This document shows, one piece after another, positions 11,813-25,745 of a DNA stretch of 64,000 nt (positions are counted from its first letter, which is position 1; each line of letters opens with the position of its first letter). The stretch lies in the NCBI GenBank assembly GCA_951406725.2, contig OX597822.1, forward strand, positions 23,374,001-23,438,000. The letters run 5' to 3'. Made by a program: the position numbers and the translations under genes. The notes under the pieces are model-generated. The model was not told where the DNA came from. It made no database searches and worked only from the letters and a program-made list of their open reading frames with translations. The DNA comes from Octopus vulgaris. Taxonomy: Eukaryota.

Positions 11813-13400
11813 AAAAGGAAGTGCGGTAGAGGTGATGTATATTTCCGGTGATACAAATCCACAGCATATTTTTCGATTTTATTGAGGCTTTTCTTAAAAA
11901 CTTATTGTCAGCCATAACTTCTTGATACTTGTTTGAAACTATTTTGAATGATGGATTTATTAACTTTGGTTTCTATTAGATAAGGATAAACTATTTATTA
12001 CTGTTACACAATTTTCTACAACCATGTTCACATTCCCTGACTACCATTGGGATCGATCAGGTACCGGACAAGAATTCTGGATTATTTTTCCATTTTTTAA
12101 ACTTAATTTTTGAGAGTGGTCGGGTTCATGTTTAATATTCTCGTTTGTGAGAGCAGTCGAGTTATTTCAGATATTTTCATTTCAAAAATTTTTCTGGCTA
12201 TTCGTTGAGAGGACGTTGGTGTTACCTTGGTGGAGGTTTGCGCTCTCTGAGTGCTCTTGTTTAATTTAATTTGTTTGTTTAGTTTTATTTCAAGATCTCT
12301 TGCCAATAGAGGAAGAGTCGGTTCCTAACCGAGATCCAAGGTTCCTTCATTGGAATTTCAACATCAACAACAGGGTATTATGTATGTATGTATGTATGTA
12401 TGTATGTATGTATGTATGTATGTATGTATGTATGTATGTATGTATGTATGTATGTATATGCGCAAATTCGTATGTCTTGTTTTATGTATATATTCACATG
12501 CATATATTGCATATCTAGACATGCTCATATATATTTAAATGATAAACTTCTGGAAAATTTTAGATTTTTACAGTTCCAGTGATGTATGTATGTATGTATG
12601 TATTTATTTATTTATGTATGTATTTGAATGTATGTATATATCTGTCTGTTTGTCAGTATGTATGTCTGTATTTCAATGTATGTATGTATGTGTGTTTTGT
12701 CCATAAGTGTTGGGAAACTATACGACCGAACCATCGACTAAGACACTTTACTGCGGTACCCCAGCATGGCCGCAATCCATTGAGTAAAAACGAGCAATAG
12801 ATTAAAATACTAAGCAAGCAACTGTAAAAATTTTGAAAACCTATAAATAAATTATAATCTTACAAAATAAATCGTACACCTGCGCTAATCAATTTATTTT
12901 TGTGTAACACGGAGGAACAAATACACCTACACGTAAATACATGCAAATGAAAAGGAAACCAAAAGAATCTCAGGTGGTCCGCTCCTCGTCTTTATTAGTA
13001 CTCCTAACCCACACGTAATACAACAATATCATTAATATAAAAAGAAGTGAATATAAAAAAATTGAGTCATTAGGCATTCACATATAAACTTATAGCGATA
13101 AGCAGAAGAATTCAAGGAGTGGAGCTATGCGTACACCCACAGCCAACCGATGTCATTGTCCGTTTGTCTTCGTCCATTCATAATTTTTACGAATGAAACC
13201 ATCCCTGTACTTTTTTGTTGACAAGCCTTAATCTTTATGAAGGCGCGTGGCTTAGTGGTTAAGGTATTCGGCTCAAGATCGTAAGGTCGTGAGTTCGATT
13301 CCTGGCAGCGCGTTGTATCTTTCAGCAAGACACTTTAATTCACTCTGCTGGCAAAAGTAAGATGTACCTGTATTTCATAGAGATAACCTTGTCATATTCA

Positions 13401-13597
13401 ATATACCTATTTCTTTACTACCCACAAAGGGCTAAACACAGAGGGAACAAACAAGGACAGACAAACGAATGAAGTCGATTACATCGACCCCAGTGCGTAA
13501 CTGGTACTTAATTTATCGACCCCGAAAGGATGAAAGGCAAAGACGACCTCGGCGGAATTTGAACTCAGAACGTAATGGCAGACGAAATACTGCTAAG
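13401..13597 (-). mobile_element. tRNA-derived SINE family B (Meta-like central domain)
   Basis: Reverse complement of ctttgcctttcatcctttcggggtcgataaattaagtaccag with gtgggtagtaaagaaatagg end. Confidence 0.8.
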
Positions 13598-13899
13598 TTT
13601 TTTATGTCCTGAAAATTAAATCCCTCCGAGGTCCTTTGCCTTTTACCCTTCGGCGGTTGACAAAATAAAGTCTCAGTTGAGTACTGGAGTCGATTGTACC
13701 GAGAGTCCTTTCTCCAAAACTGCTGGTGTTATGTCAACATTCGAAATCATTTAAGTGGCGATCTAGGAAAATCATTTGGAGATCGGAAAATTCCAGTACA
13801 GCACCCTATGATCATTTCCATTCCAGTCGTAGCCACCCCATGATTTTTCCCGATGTGCAGGGTACAAGGGACTACATTTTTAAATATGTCTTTTCCTAT

Positions 13900-14450
13900 T
13901 TATCTGACGAATCATCATTTATTATTTTACCCACTTCAGGGTGAGTTTATATCTGTAGCTAACCAAAAGATATCTTCAGCCCTAGCTATTTGGCTCTTGC
14001 CGTAGAGCATACAGTTGGTACTGTCATTTGGTCCATTCGTTGTTAATACATGGCAGAGTTAAGGCCAAGAATTACCTGAGTATTTTGTGTGATCATGTCC
14101 ATCTTAAAGTACAAACATTGTTTCCTGATGGTTGCACGATTTCCAGGAGAATAATGCGCCGGTTCACGCGGCTAATGTTATTCAAAATCAGTACGAAGAG
14201 CACAAAAGTGAAGTAGACTGTTTGGATAGGCCCTCTCACAGTCACTGGATATCAACATAATCGAACAGTTATGGAGCATTATTGAGAAGAAAATCAACTG
14301 CTTTCCTCTCTGCCATTGTCACCGAAAGATCTAAAGCAGCTTTTATTTGAAAATTCCACTAACAACCGTTCAGAGCCCGTACAAGTCAATTCGTCATTTT
14401 ATAGTTGTGATTGATACCCAACGTAAACAAACTCCGAACTAAATCGTATT
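13900..14450 (+). pseudogene. Decayed Tc1-like transposase fragment
   Basis: YLSILCDHVH, FQE-DNA-like and SLDINIIEQLW (SPDLNPIENLW-like) motifs; paralogous to 26620-27700. Confidence 0.7.
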
Positions 14451-14452
14451 TA

Positions 14453-14495
<43 letters not shown>

Positions 14496-14539
14496 ATATG
14501 TAATATGTAAATGTAATAAGTAACAATTATTCGGTAGCC

Positions 14540-14594
14540 ATGATAAAGTTTCGGATACTCGGGGTGGAAATCCACGCCGCCATCTCTTCAGTTC
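14540..14594 (-). ncRNA. Degenerate hammerhead-like motif
   Basis: Minus strand CTGAAGA-GAT..GTGGA tt TCCAC..ATCC-GAAAC-TTTATC; stems I and III poor. Confidence 0.3.
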
Positions 14595-15011
14595 TCCGGC
14601 CATCAGATAAATTCCTCTATTTACATAATATCGAGGTCTCTTTCATTCTTTTGTTGTCTTACCATTTCTATCAATATATATATATATATATGTGTGTGTG
14701 TATGTGTGTGTGTGTGTGTGTGTGTACATGTACATGTATATGTACGTAGTATAACTGTATACACACACACACACATCCACCACCCACCACCACCACCACC
14801 ACCACCAGATCCACTACATTTACCTCTGTGTGCAACAACAACAACAACAGCAGCAGCAGCAGCAACTTGTAGGTTGGGTTGTTATTTTGTCTTTTGTACA
14901 AGCTCTGCTGAACGGTGGAATGTTGACGAACAACTCTCTCACATGAATGAGGAAGTGAGAGAGGGAAAGAAAGAGGAAGAAAGAAGAAGAGTGTGTGTGT
15001 GTGTGTGCGCC

Positions 15012-15047
<36 letters not shown>

Positions 15048-15737
15048 GGGGAGAGAGAGAAAGAGAAAGAGTGAGATATATACACACACACACACACACA
15101 CAGAAAACAACAAAGAACAGGAATGGCAGAAAGACAGGGTGTGTGTGAGAGAGAGAGCGAAAGAAAGAAAGAGAGAGAAAGAAAGAAAGAGAGAAAGAAA
15201 GAGAGAGTGCATGCGTATGAACGAGAAATACTAATAATGTTAATGGGAGAACAATAGAAAGAAGACTGAAAAACAGGAAGAAGTCCAAAACAAACAAAAA
15301 AAAAAAAAATGAAAGACAAATTGAAGCGACGTAGAAGACAGCGCCTGCGCGAGTACAAGTGTCTTCTACTATAATATCGTTCCTTCTCTTGCCACATATA
15401 ATATCGTTCCTTCTGCCGGAGCTTAGGTGTTTCGCCAAGTCTGAGATTCGAACCCGCGATCCCTCGACCGCAAATTCGCTGCTCTAACCACTAGAGGGTC
15501 GATAAATTAAGTATTAGTTGCGTACTGGGGTCGATCTAATCGACTGGCCACCTCCCCCAAAATTTCGGACCTTGTGTCTAGAGTAGAAAAGAATAAATTT
15601 ATCCATTTGAGTTTTGTTGTTCTTTTGTTGTACTTATGTCTTACATTTTGAACACTCACGCTTCTAAATATAAGTAATCAGTATTATGCAATCTGGCAGT
15701 ACTTTTACATGGAGTTTCGTCTGTCTTTGGAACAAAG

Positions 15738-15816
15738 GCCCTGAAGAGACTCGTATACATATACATGAATTGTTTACAAAACAAATAATGTATATAAGAC
15801 GGAACAAATTGTTGGC
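15738..15816 (+). ncRNA. Degenerate hammerhead-like motif
   Basis: GCC-CTGAAGA..TATACAT/ATGTATA..GGAAC-AAATT-GTT-GGC; stem I GCC/GGC; GAAA mutated to GGAA. Confidence 0.55.
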
Positions 15817-15901
15817 TTAAAAAAAATGTTTATATTATATTTATAGTGTATTATATTATAATGTAATAAATTGTTAGATTGTCAATTGTATTTCTCTAAT
15901 T

Positions 15902-15948
<47 letters not shown>

Positions 15949-16012
15949 CGGATATGTATATCTTTATCCGAATTTGTATGACTGTGTAAAGAAGAATATA
16001 TTAATCAATGAA

Positions 16013-16261
16013 ATTTCAACTTAGTCTGATTTTTACGCTTTAAGATTTCCAATTTCTACATTTCTCAAAATTTTACTATATTGATATAACTAGTACTTTC
16101 ATGTATTATGCAATCGTCATGTTAATGTAGTGGCGGTCGTGTTCCACAGTTGTGTCAAGTGTGGAACACGACAGTCCTACATAAACTTGATGATTGCGCA
16201 ACGCAATTGTAAAAATGTAAAAATTGCAAATAATAGACGTGAAAATCAGACTAAGTTGAAA
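16013..16261. repeat. ~250 bp foldback element
   Basis: tttcaacttagtctgatttttacg / cgtgaaaatcagactaagttgaaa; central gtcgtgttccaca / tgtggaacacgac. Confidence 0.85.
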
Positions 16262-16274
16262 CAATTTAAAGATT

Positions 16275-16335
<61 letters not shown>

Positions 16336-16522
16336 ACACATACACACACACACATACACACACACACACACAATCATTATTTTGTATCTAATATTTCTGG
16401 GATAGGTTTTACTCTTCAAACTCTAATCACTACATCTTACATGTTTTTATGCTTTTCGACGGTGATCATTTTCTCTCTATATGTAAATGCTTTCCGCGAC
16501 AAACAGCATTTCACTTTCGAAG

Positions 16523-16600
16523 CTCCGATGTAGTTATAAAGTTATACACACGCACACGGCTATGACTGCATAGCATCTTATAGCAGAAACAGCTGTAAAG
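16523..16600 (+). ncRNA. Degenerate hammerhead-like motif
   Basis: CCGATG(TA)-GTTATAA..TTATAGC-A-GAAAC-AGCT-GTA. Confidence 0.5.
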
Positions 16601-16772
16601 ATAATGGCGTTTATAATAATTTCTTGTTCCTTTGTCATATATATAATCTATTATTTTGTATTCGACTTACGCTTCTTTTTCTGAAGCATATGTAAATTGA
16701 GTTTTGGCACCAGATTATTTGTATCGCTTTGCCTAAGCGAAGTATTAATATGTATATATGTATGTATATGCA

Positions 16773-16837
<65 letters not shown>

Positions 16838-16892
16838 GTCTGTCTCTAGCACACACATACATATGTATTTATATATCAGGGGAAAGAGAGAG

Positions 16893-16939
<47 letters not shown>

Positions 16940-17518
16940 GAGAGTGGAAAAATAATGAGAAGTTACGTGATTACCATTTTTCCCCCAGTATATTTATTAT
17001 GTAATTCCTAACTCCATTGTAAACTGAACAAATACGACCGTCAGTGGAACGGCAATATAAAATACTGTTCGTAGTTTTCATCGGCAAAAACTTACTCTCA
17101 CATCTTTTGCTGTGTTTTCTTTCAACATAATGTAAACGCTCTGTGATGTAAAAGAAAATCGTTTGACATAACTCAAAACATTAAGTGTCGAAAATCCTTT
17201 TAAAATTTCCGATTGATATTAATAACATGTGACACTACAATAAGTCGCTACATCGCGACTGAGGTTTCAGACATCGTATTGTTAAATGGACTTAGCCATC
17301 AGCATGGAAGGGAAATGCTCAAAAAGTTGTTAGTGAGAGGGGGAAAAGAAACGGAGAAAGAAAGAAAGAAATCAAGAGTGAATGAAAATGTATTTGCTTA
17401 CTATATATAAAGAGCCAAGAATCTGAATAAATCTTGAATTTATACATACATAAATACTTACATTCAAATATACATACACACACATATGTATATTCACGTA
17501 CATACATACATTCATACA

Positions 17519-17552
<34 letters not shown>

Positions 17553-17728
17553 CATACATACATACAAACATACATACATACAAATATACATACACACATA
17601 TATATTCAAATACATACATACATACACACACATATATATTCAAATACATACATACATACACACACACACATGTATATTCGCATACACACACACATACACA
17701 CGCACACAAACACACGCACGCGCACACA

Positions 17729-17821
<93 letters not shown>

Positions 17822-18115
17822 TCAGGTGGTGTGTTAGCAGAATCAACCGGAAAGTGTACAAAATGTTTTGCTTTATTCAATTACAGGCGTTTACACTGTG
17901 AGTTCGAATCACACAGAGGTCGACTAAAAGGTCGGAAAATAAAATATCGGCGAAATACTGGTGTTGATTTCATTGATTTGTCGCCCCGCCAAAATTTTCG
18001 GCTTTCTGTCAAGGTTAGAGACCTTTCTCTCCCTCTTTCTCCGCACACACAAGTCATTTGTTCAAATCATTTGGCAAAAGCTGAACACTCGTACGCCATC
18101 TTCGTCGGAGTGTCC

Positions 18116-18440
<325 letters not shown>

Positions 18441-19604
18441 AAGATGTTTCAGCAATAGTTAATTTAGATAAGATACGAAGGGGAGAGTGAGGTGGAGGAA
18501 TGAAAATGGATGTGAGATATGCAGGGATACTGTATTTGTAGATCCATTATTTAGGCAGAATGGTATACATATAAGATTCCAATACCTTATGAGTAAAATC
18601 CAATAGTATTTAAAATTGGTCATTCCAAGTATTGAGTTTATACACAGTGTTATTGAGTCAAGGGTTTTATTTAAAGTGACATTCTCTACTTTTAGGTCAC
18701 AGCCTGGTCCGGGAATCGAACTCACTACCTCATGATTTGTTTATTGAATTACTGTGTGAGTAATCGAGTATCTTTCCCCTAACCCTTTGCCTGTCCTGTC
18801 TATCACTTGATACGCAGGACATATTTCCCAGGCATCCATGCATCATAATATGTTACACATTTCTAATTTCAGCCACCGGAAGAATTGGGATTTATGAAAG
18901 TAAAGTCTTATATTAATCATGAAACAAGAGGCAACCTTAAATTTGAAAACAAACATGGACGTTGAAGACAAATTTATGAAAATGCTTTGGACAGGCAAAT
19001 GGTTAACCCTCTTGAGACACACGGTGTTTTGGCATGTGAGCCAAAAAGACCACAGTTTTTTTTTCTGTTGAGATTGAATTTGATGGGTGCATGTAGAAAA
19101 TAAAGGATAAAGTGCCTAAAACTACTTTATTAGTATGTAAAATTATATATATTCTATAGTTTTATATTATATCTACTGAACGTCTATCCCTGATTGTCTA
19201 TTACACCTCAAAACATTTATTTCATCGGGTAGATGGATCGGCTTCAAAGTCCTTTCAGTTTGTATCAGTTGGGTCGTTCAATCGACTTGGGTGCCGCAAG
19301 ACAGTTAATGTAATTCTGAGGTCGAGTCGACGTGACACAGTGTGAAGCAAGGTTGGTTCCTTTGACTTACATACGAAAATGATGGCCTGTCGCATCGCTT
19401 CGATGAATGCGAGTTCATTCGACTTCAACAGACCTCAATACAGTCGCCTGTGGGCAGAATCAAAACTGAAGGCTTCTAGAAGGATCTTCTACCCGTCACC
19501 GTCTTCTCTTTCGCTATCACCACAAGACTTATGAAATAGGTATGATAGTGTTGGTGCTGGTGTTTTGGTTTGCTGAAAAACCAGCGCGATGAGTATTGAT
19601 TTAA

Positions 19605-19810
19605 AATTTTGCCTCAAGGCTAACAATTTCGGAGAAGGAGGCAAGTCGATTACATCGACCCCAGTGTGTAACTGGTACTTGATTTATTGACCCTGAAAGG
19701 ATGAAAGGCAAAGTCAACCTCGGTGGAATTTGAATTCAGGACGTAAAGACGGACGAAATGCCGCTACGCATTTTTCCCGGCGTGCTAACGCTTCTGCCAG
19801 CTCCCCCACC
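19605..19810 (-). mobile_element. SINE family B
   Basis: aggatgaaaggcaaagtcaacctcggtggaatttgaa..gtgctaacg. Confidence 0.8.
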
Positions 19811-20106
19811 TTATGCGCGATAAATATTATTAGTGTGGGCACAGCTGCTTGTCTCAGGGAAGGTAACTCCATACAAATCTTGCATCGTGGTCTTTACTGG
19901 GCATGCGGGGCTTGCTGCATAAGACCAGTACAAATTCAAACAACGAGTTCCGATACAATTTCCATGTACTTAATTTAACCCCTGAACTAAGGTGTCACAC
20001 GGAGAGATCGAGACTGGTGACTCATGATTTCGTAACGAAATGCTAAGCTATTTGTAAAATGCATAGAATGTACGAATAAATACATATATATATGTATATA
20101 TACAAT

Positions 20107-20217
<111 letters not shown>

Positions 20218-20309
20218 CACACAGAGATTCAGATAAATATGGTACTTAAGTTGAGGCACCAGAATTAAGTACGGTATTATCCATACAATTTCAAAATAAG
20301 GTGATTAAA

Positions 20310-20516
20310 ATCAAAATAAGCAACAAGGATATCCAGAGGTAATGCAGTACGATCGTTTTAAGCGACTCCAAGCGACTTCATTTTGAACAATGAAATCATT
20401 ACATCAATTTAAATGCAGAGCAATCCTCAACTGCATAAAGACATATTCAATTAAATAGAGTTGCTTGAAACGGTCGTACTGCATTACCTCTGGATATCCT
20501 TGTTGCTTATTTTGAT
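20310..20516. repeat. ~205 bp foldback element
   Basis: atcaaaataagcaacaaggatatccagaggtaatgcagtacga is exactly inverted at 20474-20516. Confidence 0.9.
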
Positions 20517-20519
20517 ATA

Positions 20520-20591
<72 letters not shown>

Positions 20592-20728
20592 ATAGATTGT
20601 TTGATAGATAGATAGACAGACACATGTATGTATATATAACACTATATACATTCATATACACGCACAGATGTATATTTACACATTTATATGTATATATACA
20701 TGGACAAATGCATACATATATATGTGGC

Positions 20729-20767
<39 letters not shown>

Positions 20768-20856
20768 TGTATATATATTCTTTTATTCTTATATATATAT
20801 TCTTTTATTCTTATATATATATATATATATATATGCACATACACATATACATATGG

Positions 20857-20888
<32 letters not shown>

Positions 20889-21393
20889 GTGTATACACAC
20901 ACATACACGTTCACACATAAATATACTTACATACACACACATACACACACACACACAAACTCAATATTGTGTAGGTGTGAACCCCTAGCGAGAAACTATT
21001 CACAGTCTGCAACACATGGTGCTAAATACTCGGTCTCTTCGGTCATTTCACTTCAGTAACTCTCCGCTGCTTCTGTCGCCGCCGTCTCTAACGACGACGA
21101 CGACGACATAGCAATTACGTCACGAATTTCTTAAGGGCAACAACAGCCTCTACATCTACAAGAACCGCAAAAACATCCGCCGGCATTATATATATATAAT
21201 TATGTCTTCCTATTCTAAGTATTCCGAAAATAATCAAAAGGAAACAATTCCCTGAAAGCTTCTCTTGACAACAAATTGTACTAGCTTTCTTGACGTACGA
21301 AATATGTTACGCACGGGTCAATGAGCGAGTCTCTACAATGGTCGCCATCAAATAACACTGTTATTTTAAAGCAGAGAAAAAAATGGCATATTA

Positions 21394-21610
21394 CGTGTAG
21401 GTGCTGAAAAGTTCCTGGTTTTAAGAGTGTCGCGAAAAGCCTGGTTAGAGACCCAACCTTCCGAATTCTTTTACAGGACTCAGAAAAACTGAAGGTCTGC
21501 TGCAATAAGTGTGTGAATCTGAGAGGAGAATATGTCGAATAAAATCATAACTAACTGATCCTCGCGTATTTTCTTTTACCCAAAGCCAGGAACTTTTCGG
21601 CATCTTCTCG
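21394..21610 (+). mobile_element. Mariner-derived MITE
   Basis: TIR gtgctgaaaagttcctgg / ccaggaacttttcggcat; interior reads as a mariner C-terminus (CNKCVNLRGEYVE*). Confidence 0.85.
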
Positions 21611-21633
21611 TTTATAATGCAGTCCGAGCTATA

Positions 21634-22330
21634 TACAGGGGTGGCCAAAAGTAGGTATACACCTGCTGTATATGAGTATACAGTTGCTTTTCATTTCTTC
21701 ATTTCTTTTTTTAGGCGTATGGCGTAGTGGCTAAGAACGCTAAGATTCCGAGTTCGATTCCATGCAGTTAGCTGAATAATAATAATAATAATAATAACAA
21801 TAGCATCGAAAAATACCTCGGGAATGAGAACCCAGTTCGAAATTTCCCCAAGACACCTGATGAAGGCTGGAGGCTATATCAGCCGAAGCGTTCTCTAAAC
21901 AACAAACAAGATGAGGACAAATATTTGTCAAATGTAAATAATGTAAGAATTCTTTGATTCTATGCTCTTTATAAATAATTCTTTCTATGATAAAATAATT
22001 ATTCCTAATTTCAGATATTTATTACTATACGATTGGGAACTAAAACCAACGATGAACGAAAGTGGATTATTAAGCAGTACTGGTAAACAGAGTACTGGTA
22101 AACAGAATGCAGAAATGGCTAGACCGGAATGGACTGAAGAGTATCAAAAGCTAGCTCCCTCAAGATTAACGGTTTACAATATACGCGACAAATTTGAGCG
22201 GACTGGGTCCATCTGCACTGCACAGAAAAGTGGTCGACCGGTCCCTGTTATCCCTGAAGAAAATGAAATGTTTGTGACTCAAGCATTCACTCGAAGTCTC
22301 CCCCACCCCCACCAAAAAAACCCAAAAAAC
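21634..22330 (+). pseudogene. Tc1/mariner-superfamily 5' fragment (TIR plus HTH region), interrupted
   Basis: tacaggggtggccaaaagtagg TIR-like start; PSRLTVYNIRDKFERTGS..KSGRP. Confidence 0.65.
21853..21895 (+). ncRNA. Degenerate hammerhead-like motif
   Basis: CTGATGA 21857-21863, A, GGCTG/CAGCC stem II, GAAGC in place of GAAAC. Confidence 0.5.
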
Positions 22331-22361
22331 AGTGAGGCTTCCTATGAATCACGGCATCTAT

Positions 22362-22400
22362 ATTTCTGACGAAGAGCTCCGCTCAAAACGCGAAGTCCTC
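22362..22400 (+). ncRNA. Degenerate hammerhead-like motif
   Basis: CTGACGA 22366-22372, A, GAGC-tcc-GCTC, AAAAC (G>A), GCGAA, GTC. Confidence 0.5.
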
Positions 22401-22505
22401 CTTCTTTCCTTTCCTGAGCATCCAATAACACTGTACTTATTCCACGTCCTCGCGTTGTTGTGTTTTCTCTTTGTTCATGTTTAGATTAATTATATATATG
22501 CATGA

Positions 22506-22539
<34 letters not shown>

Positions 22540-22861
22540 CAGACAGAGACACACAGACAGACAGAGAGAGACAGACAGACGCGCGCAAATGGCCATGTGC
22601 GTATATATGTGTAGAATTGTGTACTTGCAGGAATAGTGCGTTTAATGTAGCGTATCGAAAAAAGCTTTGAATAAAAAAGATATTTGAAATTGCAGTACGC
22701 TGAATGGTAACGAAAACCGATCCCGGTTTGTAAAATATAGCGCTTCTTGTGTGAAACTTCTTTTGGTTAAAATTTGCTCAAAAATCTTTTCAGTGAAACT
22801 TTTTACGTAGGAAATCTTTTTTTCTATACGAAAACTTTTCAGTTATATGTGAATGCCTCTC

Positions 22862-22952
<91 letters not shown>

Positions 22953-23296
22953 GTGTGTGTGTATGTGTAAAACTCACCTTGGGAAAATTTATATAAATAT
23001 TTTTGCAATAAATCAGTTATATGAAAACACTTATATGAAATTATGGATTTGTAGTTTTACTTTCACACACACACACGCGCATGCGTGTGCATAGACGGGG
23101 GAAGATATAAACATAGACAGGTAGATAGATATATCTATAGATTTATGTATAGAAAGATATATATTATTCATACATATATAACGCAAATGTTTTGTTCGTA
23201 CTTTAGGAAATAAAATTTGTTTTATTTTCAAGCAAATACGTATAAAACTTAAGCATATTTTCATTTTATTTCACCGTTTCTTCTCATTTCCCATCC

Positions 23297-23347
<51 letters not shown>

Positions 23348-23393
23348 ATATGTATGTATGTATGTATATGTATATGTGTGTCTGTGTGTGGGT

Positions 23394-23434
<41 letters not shown>

Positions 23435-23539
23435 CAGAGTCACCCGGCGTTGCCAAATATGTAAAAGATTCCTTGCCTGTTAAAGTCTTGCTAGTTTTTC
23501 TATTGATTCTACGACCGATTATGACTTCCTACCAAGGGA

Positions 23540-24310
23540 CAGGGTCAGAAATTTGAGGAGAGGGTAGGTTTTTATTATTACCGCCAGACTAAAGTACTTG
23601 AATGGTACTTTGTTTTATCGACGCCAGAAAGATCAAAAGTAAATTCCACCCCGACAGAATGTGGATACTTCATAAACTTAATAACCCTTTTCTACTGTAG
23701 GCACAAGCCCTGAAATTGAGATGACGGGGTTAGTCAATTACGTCGACCTCACAGCTCGACTTGTAGTTATTTTATCGACCACGAATGAATGAAAAGTAAG
23801 TTGACCTTGGCGGTATTTGAACTCAGAACGTAAAGATGAATGAAATGCCGTTAAGCCTCTTGTCCGGCGTGCTAACGATTCTACCAGCTCGCCGCCTTAA
23901 CTGTATAGTGGCTTCAAATAATGGCACAAGGCCAATGATTTCGGAATAGGGGATAAGTGGACTCTAGGGATCAACTGGTACGTATTTTATCGACCCCAAA
24001 AGGATGAAAGGCAAATTTGACGTCGGTAGGGTTTGATCTCAGAATGTAAAGTTCCAGAAGTAATGCCACTCGGCATTTTGTCTGAGGCACTAACGATTCC
24101 ACCATCTCGCTGCCATTTTCAATTTTGACACAAACCCAGCAATTCTGAGGGAAAGGGAACAAGTCGATACTTGACTGACATTTTATTTCATCGACTGCGA
24201 AAGGATGAACGGGAAGGTTGACCTTGGTAGAATTTGAACTCAGGACATAAAGATCTGCAAGAAATACTACCAAGCCCTTTTCCCGCCGCGCCAACAATTC
24301 TGCTAAGACA
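23540..24310 (-). mobile_element. Cluster of about 4 old, same-orientation family B SINEs
   Basis: Repeated ttatcgac..gatgaa..gacctt..ttgaactcag..ctaacgatt. Confidence 0.7.
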
Positions 24311-24779
24311 TCAGTGTAAATTTCTCCATTCAGTAAATATAGAGAATTAACGAAGCTTGTTAAAGAAAAATTGATACCTGTAAGGCAATGATTAAGATCT
24401 TTTATTGTTTTGAAGTAAGCCAATTCACAAAACTTTGCACTTAGAGCTGCCAAGACATGGTTCCATTGTCTAACTGGATAATCGCTTGGTTCAACGCTTT
24501 AGAATATTACCACAATGTTGATTTCTCTTGAAAAGAAAAGAAGAAAAGAAAGAGCAATTTATCGTCCGTAAATTGATAATGAAGTTAATGAAGGTGGTGA
24601 GGGTAAGTATGTGTGATTGTAAAATTGTAAAGAAGGAGGAGAAGAAGGAGGTGAAGGAGAAAGTGAAGGAGAAGAATGAAAATGAAGGAGAAAGAGACGA
24701 AGAATGACAAATGATGAAGGAAAAGAAATCGAAGACGTATTCGTCTTCGATTCGTAAAAAGAAGAATGAAGAAGAATAA

Positions 24780-24950
24780 AAAATGAAGGAGGAGTCGAAG
24801 AATGAAGAAGAAGATGAGGAAGAAGAAGAAGAAGAAGAAGAAGAAGAAGAAGAAGAAGAAGAAGAAGAAGAAGAAGAAGAAGAAGAAGAATGTGAAATGC
24901 AGAATGTGGAGACGAAATGAAGAAAGAAAGAAAAATGAAGAAAAAGAAGA
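24780..24950. repeat. (GAA)n microsatellite in a purine-rich tract
   Basis: Direct reading. Confidence 0.9.
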
Positions 24951-25220
24951 ACGAAAGATAGCTAAATAGGCGCAGTCATGGCTGCGTGGTTAAAAAGTTG
25001 CTTCACAGCCATATGTGTTTTCGTGTTCAATCCTACTGTGCGGTACCTTCTACTATAGCCTCGGACTGACCGATAGAATAAGCATCAGAAACTCCAAATA
25101 AAGACTAGGATCAGTTTGTTCGACTAAAGTTTTCAGTATAATGCCCCAACATGGCCGCGGTTCAAGGACTAAGACAAGCAAAAGAATACAAGTATGAAAA
25201 TAACTGATTTTCGTTTCTAC

Positions 25221-25311
<91 letters not shown>

Positions 25312-25362
25312 GTCTATCTTCCTGCCATTGTGCGCGCTCGCGCGTGTGTAATATATAATACA

Positions 25363-25745
25363 GTGGAGGCGCTATGGCCCAGTGGTTAGGGCAGTGGACT
25401 CGCGGTCTTAGGATCGTGGTTTCAATTCCCAGACCTGGCGTTGTGAGTGTTTATTGAGCGAAAACACCTAAAGCTCCACGAGGCTCCGACAGGAGGTGTG
25501 GCGAATCCTGCTGTACTCTTTCACCACAACTTTCTCTCACTCTTTCTTCCTGTTTCTGTTGTACCTGTATTTCAAAGGGGCGAGCCTTGTCACACTCTGT
25601 GTCACGCTGAATCTCCCCGAGAACTACGTTAAGGGTACACGTGTCTGTGGAGTGCTCAGCCACTTGCACGTTAATTTCACGAGCAGGCTGCTCTGTTGAT
25701 CGGATCAACTGGAACCTTCGTCGTCGTAACCGACGGAATGCCAGT
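25363..25745 (+). mobile_element. tRNA-derived SINE (family C, tail 1)
   Basis: gtggaggcgctatggcccagtggttagggcag..ggtttcaattccc head. Confidence 0.85.
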
